Source: Dimorphilus gyrociliatus
Lineage: Eukaryota > Animalia > Annelida
DNA: 64,000 nt
NCBI GenBank assembly: GCA_904063045.1
Contig: CAJFCJ010000006.1
Span: forward strand, 3,240,408-3,304,407
Direction: 5' to 3'
Shown: positions 25,101 through 38,100 of the stretch, piece by piece
How the letters are laid out: every line of letters starts with the position of its first letter
Numbering within the stretch: the stretch's first letter is position 1
Position numbers and translations under genes: made by a program
Notes under the pieces: generated by a model
Told to the model about the DNA's origin: nothing
What the model saw: the letters and a program-made list of their open reading frames with translations, nothing else
The model's database searches: none

Positions 25101-27744
25101 TTCTTGTCTTTGCAGAATATTTACTGGTCTAAGGAAACAAAGTGATATTCGTGATGAGCTGAATAAAACCCGATCTGCTTTAATGGCACCCTTATCGGCA
25201 GCAAGCCTTGAGCAAGGTTCCTATCAACGGTCTTATGAAATTCTTGTACGATTACATGTTCTTACTGAAATTGAGAGATTTTATTCATCAGTTAAACAAG
25301 TAAAACTTTATCTATAATATTCATACAAAAATAATCAATAGATTATTATTCTGCACTTTAGGTTGATCTTTGGAAATCAAGGCTTGAAACTGTTCAAACG
25401 CTAGTCCAAACTCATGAGCCAATTATTTATAATAGATTATCCCTTCTGAAACTTCGAGAAAGAGTAAAAGGTGAGGATCATTCGACTCTAATCGCCGAAT
25501 CTCGATTGCAAATGGCTCGCACAGCAATGGAATGCGGGTTGACAGAGATAGCTCAAACATGGCTAATTGGGGAAACATCTTCAAAATTAAGGTATTTAAA
25601 CATCTCAACAGATTTGTTATGGAAATACATTAAACCCAAAATTGAATAACAGATCTGAACATGCAGTTCAATATGCAAAATGGCTTTGGGAGAAAGGTCA
25701 AAATTCAACAGCCAGGTCACACTTAGAAAAATCATTGGCAAGCATTTATCCCGATCTTCATTACGTCAAAATGGGTTCTCAAGATGATAGGTTGAAATGT
25801 GCTGAGTTACTGCTATTGTTAAATAATTACAAGGAAGAGGATGCAACTTTAGAATCTAATGATATAATGAAAAAGTACAAAGAAGCTAGTGATATGAATT
25901 CCCGTATGGAAGATACTTTTGTTGCAATGGCCAGATATTATGATAAGATCATGAACACTTGTGTAACGGCACAAGAAGATAGAATGATAAAGAAGCCTGA
26001 ATTTATTCATAGGGTTGTCTTAAACCTAGGGGAGGCGATGAAAAGGGGTTCGAAAAATATTTATCGAACAATGCCAAGGTTCTTAACACTTTGGATGGAT
26101 CTCACGGCTGAGGGAGCCGACCAACAGACAATAAGCAAGGTATCTTGAAAATTGAAAATATTCGAACTAAGATTTCTTCAATATTTTCATTTTAATAATA
26201 ACATATTTTTTCTTTATCAGGTGGTTGGCCTTGTTTCTCAATTGAAAGAATCTCTTGCACCATATCAGTTTATGACTGCCTTCCCTCAACTTGTATCTAG
26301 AATATGTCATGCTCATAATAGCACGTATCGAGAACTTAGCGCAATAATTGTTAAAGTTTTGAACTCTTATCCATATCAAGCTGCATGGCTTATAATAGCT
26401 GTTTCACAGTCAACCTATCAGACGAGAAAAGCTCGTTGCATGGAAATCCTTGATCAAGTTAAAGATGGAAATCCTACTCTAGCATTATTATTAAAGGATA
26501 TGGCCAACCTACAACATCGTTTAATTGAGTTGTGCAATAGAAAATGTAACGAAAAATCATTAAGTTTGCCTCGAGATTTTAAAGCTCTTAAAAAAATATT
26601 TTCATCCAATCAATTATCAAATATATTGATACCGATTCAGAGCCAGCTAACAGTTCACTTAACTGGAGACAATCCTTTTCCCTATCAGCCTGTTTACATT
26701 AGGGGGCTAGAAGATAATATAGAAGTCTTATGTTCTCTACAAAGGCCGAAGAAAATAATTCTCAAGGGTTCTGATGGAAATCTTTATCCCATGCTGGCAA
26801 AACCTAAAGACGATTTGAGAAAAGACGCTCGACTGATGGAGTTTAATAGTTTAGTTAATACTATTCTTCAGAGGGATCCAGAGTCGAGGAGAAGGAGACT
26901 TAGAATAAGAACCTATGCCGTAATACCATTAAATGAAGAATGTGGTTTGTTGGAATGGGTTAAGAACACCAATGGCCTTCGGAATATACTTTTGAAATTA
27001 TACAAAGAGAAGCGACTGTATGTTTCAGGAGCTAAATTAAAACAATGGCAATTACCAGTCTCAACTCCAATTGAGAAGAAATTAAAAGTCTTCAAAGAGA
27101 ATCTCTTGCCTTGTCATCCGTCAGTGTTTAGTCAATGGTTTTTGAGGACATTCCCTGATTCTACAGCATGGTTTAATGCTCATCTCTTGTACTGTAGATC
27201 TGTAGCAACAATGAGTGTTGTTGGATATATTTTAGGCTTGGGAGATCGTCACGGTGAAAACATTCTTTTTGATAGTAAAACTGGCGAAGTTGTTCACGTC
27301 GACTTTAACTGTTTGTTCAACAAAGGCGAAACTTTTGATTTTCCGGAGTTAGTACCTTTCAGGTTGACTCATAACATGGTAGAGGCAATGGGACCTCTTG
27401 GAACTCGAGGTCTATTCCACCAAGCTGCTGTAAATACTTTAAACTTGATGGTTAAGCAGAAGGAAACTCTTATGACGGTTCTCTCGTCATTTCTGTATGA
27501 CCCTCTGGTTGAATGGCGAACTTCAAAAGCCAAATTAAATGTTCAGGGAGAAGTGAAGAATGAAGAAGGAAGAACTAGCATTGCTATGATTGATGAACGA
27601 TTAAAAGGTTACTTAAAGAGTTCCCAGAGGAAAACCAAGGGTTTACCCTTAGCAGCAGATGGTCACGTTGATCTACTCATTAAAGAGGCTACTGATGAAA
27701 ACAATTTGTGCCAAATGTATCTCGGTTGGGCAGCGTACATGTAG
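19185..27744 (+). CDS. ATR: Serine/threonine-protein kinase ATR (PIKK), multi-exon
   Basis: HEAT region, UME-like segment and FAT domain. Kinase motifs SLQRPKKI, KPKDDLRKDARLMEFN, LGLGDRHGENILFD, HVDFNCLF and VPFRLTHNMV. FATC ends NLCQMYLGWAAYM*. The start is inferred from ATG 19185 followed by a GTAAG donor. Confidence 0.95.
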
Positions 27745-27823
27745 GCAAATTTTTATTACATGGCAGAATACATATCGTACTTAAAAAAAAGATGTTTCAT
27801 CAAAAGAGAACATTACAAACAAA

Positions 27824-29646
27824 TTAGAAAAATTTTCTAATATATTTTGTTACAAACTTCACCCATAAGGGTATTCTTCTAGAGGGTCTTTGAAAAGTTT
27901 CATCACTAACTTTTGTTGATTTTTTATATAAATTAAGTCGTTCCTGATGGAGTAATGGATTTTGTTTAGTGATTAATAAAGGAAATTAAAAAACAAAATT
28001 ACTCGATGTAGTTTCATTTGGAGACTCAAATCGTCGGTGAGAATTGCTAGTTCAACTTCTAAATCTCGAAAAACTGATCTAAATCCTGAAAGAGTAAATA
28101 TTCAAATATATATTGAACAATATCAATTATTGTTAATATCTAACCATAATTGGGCGACCCAATAAGAGTCAATGACGGATATAATTTATTCTCAAAATAG
28201 AACCACATTCCTTTAGCATGATAAGTCCAATCTTTCCTAAAATACTCGAATATTTCAATTTTACTCTCGTTGTCAAGCTTTTCGAAAAATTGTTTTTCTA
28301 TGAGAGTGTAAGCGTCGGGAATAGCACCCAATACTCCCCTAGCCCCAAAAAATCCGTTTACTTCTGGAGATGCGGTTAGAATTGAAAATGTACTAGTAGA
28401 CTGTAATACAGCATCCTCGAAGTCGGGTGTTAGATTGAAATAGCCTGACGTAATGTGAATTGTTGCAGATTCTGATGCATCAGTTATTAATTGATGAGTA
28501 ACACGGTTATCAACATCAATATTAATAGGAAACATTTGAATCAAAGGGTAAATTTCAACAGTTGTTTTTTGGTCGTTCTGAGAAGACGTCGGTTCATTTT
28601 TAAATTTTTCAACAAGTTCAGCCATACTTCTATGAAATTTAGTTCTGAAATTTTCACCGCTTGGATCAATATTGTCTAAAGTAAATAGTTAAAAAAAAGA
28701 GGTTATTACATTTGTATAAATGAATTTAATTTATGAAATTACCATCAAAAGGATGAAAGTCAATTTCCTTTTCAAAATCTTCAGTTTCCTTGTGAAAGTA
28801 TAATAATCCATTTTTGTTTAAATGAAAAGAAAATTCGCAAACAACTTGAACAATACCGCTTAGGAAATTTGCTAATTGTTTGCAATGTGTTAAGTGAAAG
28901 TACCTATCCTGCCTATTCGTAAAATAATCAGCACTAAGGTTAGCACCCGTCATTATTAAATTGTCATCAAAAACACATATCTATTATACAAAGATAAATA
29001 TATAAGATATGATAACCAGTATAAAGTTTCGTCATATATACCTTCATGTGACTCAATCCAACCACCTCATTGAATTTTTGCGGAAGTATCTTCTTTAGGA
29101 TTCCCCTTAAATCGGGTGAATGGTACATGCAAATTGTCACATTATTATAATTTTTTAATTTTTGTACAAGCGTACACGTATTCTGATCTCCTCTAGTTCC
29201 CCGTGTGAAATCAGTTAGAATTGTAACCTTTAATCTATCGTTCGATTTGAGTGCTTTTTCTATTTCGTCAATAAGACCTACTTCTTTGGGCCCTGTTCCT
29301 ATATACAACGATGAAAGAACAATTCTATCTTTGGCTCTAGATACTTGGTCCTAATTGATTAAAAAAATTGGAGAAATTGGGACTAAGATCATTTTTTTAA
29401 CAATCAAATTATATATTTCCTTTTTACCTTTAACGTATCATAAAATTCAGCTGGTTCGTATATAATATCCACATGATCCGGTTGAATTCGAAAACAAGGT
29501 GCATGTTGCTTAATCCATGAGAATTTTTTCAAGTCAATCTGACTATTTGCTTCTCTTTCATTTTTCATATCTTTAGCTCGAGCAGAGGCTAGTGTACTTC
29601 TTTCTATGTGTTTTATAAGCTTACGTAATCTGGAAATATTGCGCAC
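27824..29646 (-). CDS. PGS1: Mitochondrial CDP-DAG--glycerol-3-phosphate 3-phosphatidyltransferase (PLD family); start codon uncertain
   Basis: SSLYIGTGPKE, ILTDFTRGTRG, YHSPDLRG, VGLSHMKVY, MTGANLSADYFTNRQDRY, ITSGYFN, WTYHAKGMW, LIGSPNYGFRS and C-terminal PLWVKFVTKYIRKFF*. Confidence 0.92.
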
Positions 29647-30154
29647 ATGTTACACTAATTCATCTAATATCGCTCAAAAGAAATAAATATTTCTTTATAT
29701 ACAACTTGTTTTACATTTTTTCAATTAGTTCAAAAAAGTATATTACAAAACAGAACATTACCTTATATGTTGAGATATATTTGAATGATTTAATAATCTT
29801 CGAAATAGGCAAATTGCCATAGATTATTGAGTAAGGACACTGTTCTATTCAACGAACTATAATTAAATTTAGAATAAACTTATAAACTTATTACTAATGC
29901 TACAAAATACATTTTGTATATATATACTAATATATAAAAACATTAAATCGTAAGTATATTTAAAAGAAAAGGAAAGTTTAACGCTGTAAAACATTTGTAA
30001 ATCAAAACAAATTTTAATGTTTTAATTGATAAAAATTCATTCAAAAGTTTTTTTTTTAAATAAAAACAAACATAAAATAATAATATTTATATTCAAAAGT
30101 CAATTAGCATCATAATTTTTTTAATTAATTCATTTGTTTATAGTTTATACTGGC

Positions 30155-32628
30155 ATGAATTGGTACAAATTATCTTATTTCATCCATGTTATTTCTACAA
30201 TTCAAGGTTAAATTTTATAATAATGTATTAAATATTCAATTAATGTATTAAATATTCAATTAATGTCAACAAACAAAGGTTTTGGACTCGAAGGAGATAT
30301 ATTTGTCAATATCACCTGTCAAGGCGATAAGATGAAGATTGAATGTGGCGAAGGTTACACTATTAAGATTTTAAACGCATATTATGGAAGAGAAACAACT
30401 CTAGTTAGATCTGATTTTTGTTCTGCTGGAGCATCTAGTATAAGGTTAAGAATCTTAATTTCCCGCCAAATATTAACTTATATATTTCCTAAGCCTTATT
30501 AGAAGAGAATAATTAATTATCTGTATTTGAACAGGTGTATATTAAATGTGCAATCAATTCTAGAAAACAATTGCAACAGGAGGAATATTTGCGAACAGGA
30601 TGTTAATGATAATACATTAAACTCTAATTTGGCATATTCAACTTGGAATCCTCAGGAATGTCCTACCAGTCTTAAACGTTTTCTTATGGTCGATTATACC
30701 TGTCAACGTATGTAGAATGAAACAAAACAACGAACAAAAGAGACGTCTTCATTGTTATTAATAAATGTTTATTTCAAAAAGGGATTTCTTTGAAGCAAGC
30801 TTGTGATGGCGATTGGATGCTTTTAGAATGCCCAAGAGACTATACAATAATTCCTGTAGGCGTCTTTTATGGGCGATCACTTGCCGAAAAATGTCTTCCA
30901 CCAGACAGAGATAATTATGAGGAATATGAATATGGTATTAAGAAGAAGGACAATATTTCATATTGTCGTTTCAATACTAGAGCTGTTTATTCCGCAATTC
31001 GATTAAAATGTTTAAATAGGAGATTATGTTCTTTCAAAGTTGATAAAGAAATTTTTTCTGGCTTTGATGGTATGCATAAAGAGAAATGTCCAGAAGATGT
31101 TAAAACATATTTAAAGGTACACTACTTATGCGAAGATTCTGTAAAACAGACAACGTCTTACATATGCTCTAATGAGGTTTTCGAACCTTCCTGCCCCAGG
31201 GGTCAACTAATTAATATTAAGTCGACTCTAAGAGGTCGCTTGCAACTTAATGATTCTAAATGTGAAAAAGATATATTATCAACCTTCAAAGGACCGTAAG
31301 AAAAATGTCCTAAAAAAAAATACCGATCGAAAGAGATAGTCTATATGATTTTTTTTTATTTAGATGTCAGGTTGATATCGTTGATGGTATGCAAAAAATG
31401 ATAAAGAGATGCCAGTTAAAGAACTCGTGTAAAGTTCCAAATACAATAGACGAATGGAATGGACTCAACTTTACTTATAGAAGATGCACCGAGGAAGATA
31501 AACCATATTTAGTCACCCTTTATGAGTGTCAACCGAAAAGCTCTCTAATTATTTGCCCTAAGCAAGGGCCTAAAACAGTAGAATGTCCTCGGGGTTATGT
31601 TATAGAGCCCTCGGCTACATTTTTTGGTAGGCACAATGACTTGTCATGTCTTGATGAGAATGAGACGATAGATATAGACAGAGTGTAATTCTTTTTTTTA
31701 TTAGATGATATCAAATAATCTAGATTTTCTCTTTTTATTCCTTTAGATGTTATTCAGACTCTAATGAGGTATTAAGAAAAGTCAATAGTCTTTGTAGAGG
31801 TCGACAAACATGTACACTCATAGCTGATTCTAAATACTATATGGATGGAGACAAATTTTCAAAATCTCAATGTTCTGGACCATTTGAAAATAAACAATAT
31901 CTATGGATAAATTACAGATGTACATATGAACAGTGCCTGACAGCTGCTGATAAGGCGGAGAAGGAATTATCGGATTGTTTAAAAGTGTATGAAAATTTGT
32001 GCCTTACTTATAAATTTCAACAATGTTATACAAATTCATTAAATTTGCTAAGTAAAAATAAAGAATGTAAAGAATTTAAAAGACGTTTTAAATCGTATTA
32101 CTCTTGGTGGATTCCAGCCCATAAGAAGTTATTATGTCAATTGCCTTCATGCGCTTTCCAACTCGCAAGAGAATTTTCTGAAATTTTTAAGCAATATAAC
32201 AAAATTCCTGATAAAGTTGAACCAGGCAAGCTACATTATCTAAAGTGTAATTTTTATGAATCTTACCTGGAAATTAATGGGCGGAGCCAACAGTCCGAGA
32301 AAAAATGCAAAAATGGATACAAAAAGATAAATGAAATTTTTCGAGAAGAATTAAATCTTATAACCAAAAATTTAAAGTTTATAAGATCAGGCTGTAAATA
32401 TCTATCTATCTTATTTGTTGATAACATTTTTTACTTTCTTTTTTCTAATTATTTGTGGATAAATCTTATTCAAATTTTCTTATAGGTGCAATTGCAGAAG
32501 ACATTGAACAGCAAATTAATGAAAAGTACTCAAATGCAAATATATTTAAATCTTCAACATTTACGCTTTCATTTGTAAGCTGCTATGTAATTTTTACGCA
32601 ATTCATGAATGTATGGATATATGGATAA
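30155..32628 (+). CDS. Secreted or GPI-anchored protein with four tandem SUEL (rhamnose-binding-lectin-like) domains and a Cys-rich helical C-terminal region
   Basis: Signal-like MNWYKLSYFIHVISTIQG. Four Cys-patterned repeats with YGR-type motifs (AYYGR, VFYGR, TLRGR, FFGR) and closing YL.V.Y.C-like strands. Hydrophobic tail after NEKYSNAN. Confidence 0.75.
30221..30265 (+). repeat. Intronic 20-bp tandem duplication
   Basis: TAATGTATTAAATATTCAAT x2 plus TAATG. Confidence 0.9.
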
Positions 32629-33158
32629 AGTAAAGAATTATAAAACGAGTACTTGACTGACATAAATGAACAGAATTTGCTCTAACAACTTGTTATTTAA
32701 TTTTTAAAAAGATAATGAAAAGTTGAAATGTATTTTAGTAGTTTATCTTTCTTATCTTTAATTTATATGTCCCTTTTTATGCGGAATTTCCATGAAAAAC
32801 TTGAATAAATATGACCAAGTTTATCGAAAAATTGCTATTTAATCATTACCATTTATTAAATATAAGTTTCTCTTCAGCCTACTGAGGCATCAAATATTTA
32901 AGATTAGAATGAAACATGTTGAATACTAATCAGAAATTGAAAGCCGATTTGATAACAAAAGATAAGTCAAGTAAGTACACTCTTTCAATGATAACATAAT
33001 TTTAATATAAAAAGCAATGTTCTTAACCAATCAAATTCTATAAACTCTACTTCTGGTACTATATAACGAATGAAATCTAGTTTATATGACATCTATTCAA
33101 AAATCAGTAGAAAATGTCTTCTGAAAATAGTACATCGATAATTGGTAGAGGAAAACAA

Positions 33159-34429
<1,271 letters not shown>

Positions 34430-35111
34430 GGTTTCTGAAGACGAATGTATACCAGAAAATTGTAGAGTTAAATATTCAGCATATAGCATAAACTTATGTC
34501 ATATATTTTTATTTTCCTATATTTCTTAACGAAGGGATCAGATCAGTAAATTTTGTCAGTAGCTTTAACTTATGAAAAATCATTTGGCTAAGAATATTAT
34601 GCGACTTTAAATTGTTATCAATACAACACGAAACTATTTCAAATAAATGAGTAATGCTAGCTATCAAAGTAGTTAATCAGTGGTGTCTATTCAAATTCAT
34701 ATCTTATCCATACAATTTATCTCTTTTGATTAGATGTCAGTATCCTATGAACTAATAACACTCTGATTTCTTATATTCGGAAATTTAAAGTCGTTAAGAA
34801 ATATTTATACTTTGGCGCGAAATTGGTAAAAACTGGTATTATCTCTTTTTCCCAATTAGTTTATTTTCATTCAGTTACCCGTCGTCCGAATTAGAATTAC
34901 GAATTATGTATCAGACAGGAACCCGTCTTCGCGATATTAGGTCGAATTATCACAGAACCCTTAAGGAAATGGTAGCTTTTTAAGCTTTTGAAGCGGGAAA
35001 TGAGAAAATCTCCATTAATGCTGCATTAGAACAAAAAATTCTCATACTCTAAATACTCGGATTAAAACTCAAATTTTACTGTTTGTAAAATAAAAGGAAT
35101 CTTCAGTTCTA

Positions 35112-38100
35112 ATGGCTCTTAGAAATTTTCGAGTTTACCATAAATTATCACCGCCCTATAGTGTCCTTTTGGAAAAAAAGTCAAAGGATGGGAAAAGAGA
35201 TGAAACTCTCTTATTTGAATCCGGTGCTATAGCTGTTTTAAGTAAGTTTCTATTATTAACACTTATATTCAACAGTAATCTATTATCTAACATATTCAAC
35301 ATTTCAACATAGACGCCGATGAGACCGAGCAGGTTATGAAAAACTATCTAAAAGCTATGGACGCTTATGGATGTCTTGGAGTATTACCAATAACAATAGG
35401 TATAGTTAAGGAACTAGTCTACCACTTGCAATATGTATTGTGTTTGAGATTTATTGAAACGATCATTAGTCATACTTCCATTTATCTATCTGTGAAAGAA
35501 CGATTATAGATAGTTTCTTCCTCTCCTCGAAATCCTGATTTTATTTGCTCTGGCAAATATTAAAAAGTCCTAATATGTTTTAAATATTTCTCTTTGAAGA
35601 ATTTCCTTTCATAAATAATTTTCTATACCATTAAAGATTATATAAAAGAATTTAACCGATATTCCATTATAAACTAATAATGTTTAAAATGTTAACGCGG
35701 AAACTGAGCAAAAATATTCAATATTCATCCACGTGTAGTACACATATTGACATATTGAAATTTCAATTAGCAAATCTCTTCCATTCTCATATTTTAATGA
35801 ATATCTTTATGTAATTCAATAATAAATTATTTACTTGATTTATGTAAAAATTCTGCCATATCAGCTGCAAATAAAATAAAATCAATTTTATGAAAACAGG
35901 CGATGAAACATTGCTGTACCTTGTGGTCGTTACTAATTCGTCTTCAATCGGGAAAATTGGAGATGCTGAGATATTTCGTATAACCAATACTAATTTTATA
36001 TCTTTAAGAAACTGCTTGCAAGAAGATGATAAGATATCAGAGGTAATAATTCTACTTAAAGCGGGGAATAATTAACTCTTCATTTGTATTTTTCATAGAT
36101 TAGAAAGCTATTAAATTCCGGAACGTTTTATTTTTCTTGGTCACCGGCGAGTTCTATTCAATTTGATCTAAGTTTATGCGCCCAAAAGGCTACTAAAGCT
36201 ACTGATACAGACAATCGATTTTTTTGGTGAGTTAATTTGCTCTTTTCATGTCCTCTGATTGATTGTAACTATTTATATAAAAAAAATAAAAAAAGATACG
36301 TTTGTCAAATTCAAAGGTAATTAAAGTCTTTCTTTTACATAAAAAAAGGAATCGAGCTCTTCATGTTTTACCTAAGAGATATGGTGTTGATGTTGATAAC
36401 TGGCTTATTAAAGTAATGTGCGGTGGAGTTGAAATGAGAACTGTGTATGCTGCGAATAGGTCGGCAAAAGCTTGCCTTATTTCAAGATTAAGTTGTGAAA
36501 GAGCTGGCACAAGATTTAATGTGAGAGGTGTTAATGATGATGGTCACGTTGCAAACTTTGTCGAAACAGAACAAGTCATATATTTAGATGACAAAATTTC
36601 TTCTCTAGTTCAAGTCAGAGGTTCAGTTCCATTGTTCTGGGAACAACCTGGCTTTCAAATGGGTTCTCATAAAATAAGAATGTCCAGAGGTTACGAGGCT
36701 TCCGCCCCTGCTTTTGATAGACATCTTAATCAATTAAAAGAGTTGTATGGAAACCAAACTCTAATCAATCTTTTAGGTAGTAAGGAAGGAGAGCACATGT
36801 TAAGTCAGCAATACATTGTAAGTTTGTTTTCCCTATATTTTCATATCAATACTTCAATACAATTACATTAGAAAAATTTTAACACCTCTCTTGTGACAGA
36901 ATCACCACAGAGCTTCTCCTCATCATGAAGATATTCCTATGGAATCATTTGATTATCATAGCGAATGTCGCGGAGGGAATCTTAAGAATTTGGACAAGCT
37001 TAAGCGCAGGATTCTTCCAAGACTATTGCAATTTTCCTTTTTCGGCTGCGATGGTTCAAGAATTGATTTAAACCAAAGCGGAACAGGCCGAACAAATTGC
37101 GTTGATTGCCTTGATAGGACGAATTCTGTGCAATCAATTATTGGTCTTGAGGTAAACATCTTCTCTCTTATACCATAATCGTATTTTTCTTTACCCCGAC
37201 ATCAATAATTTAAAATATTTATTCTTAGTCGAGAGTTTTTCTCATTTATATACTAATGGAAGTCTCAATGGATCAGAGATTACTCGCCATTCGCCCAAAA
37301 GTTCTCTTTAACATGAATTTACATATATCTTTTGGACTTTATGCTAACTAATCATTCTTACTTTCTCCAATTCAAAAGAAATTTTGATAATTTTGTCAAT
37401 TTCAAACGTCTAGAATTCAGTACTAAAAAAAATAATATGCAGTTCACTTATTGATTTTTTTGTAGCCATCGTTTTTTCGTTAACGTGCCCTGTCTAATAA
37501 TTCCAATAATTTACAGTCTTTGTGCTGTCGTAAATCTTTAATTTGAAATGTACGTAATTAAAATATGCACTTATCTCTTTTAGCTCGTGGCAAAACAATT
37601 AGAATACTTGGATATTACGTCAAAACAACTCGTTTCCCGATTTCAAGAATTATATAAGCAAATGTGGATTAATAACGGAGATCATATCAGTAGGATTTAT
37701 GCTGGAACGGGCGCTTTGGGAGGAGGACGATCAAAAGCCAGCGATGCTGCTAGATCGGCTAGTAGAACAGTCCAGAATAATTTTCTAGACAGTTCGAAAC
37801 AGGAAGCTATTGATATTTTATTATTGGGGTCAACATTACGGGGAGATATCACGGATAAAGCGAGGGCTCTCTTAACCCCAACCTCATTACATGGTACACA
37901 TACTAAATAACTTATATTCTTTTTATGAGAGTTCTTTTAACTTTAATATTGTAGTTTCGATTCTAATTTGTATTTACACGCTTTTGACACTCTAAAATTT
38001 ACAAAGCAGGATGAAGTCGATTTAGAAAATATGAATATGTACTGTAGTATTGGTAGGTGATAGATAGTTGTACGCTATTAGAATAGGATATCAAATTTTA

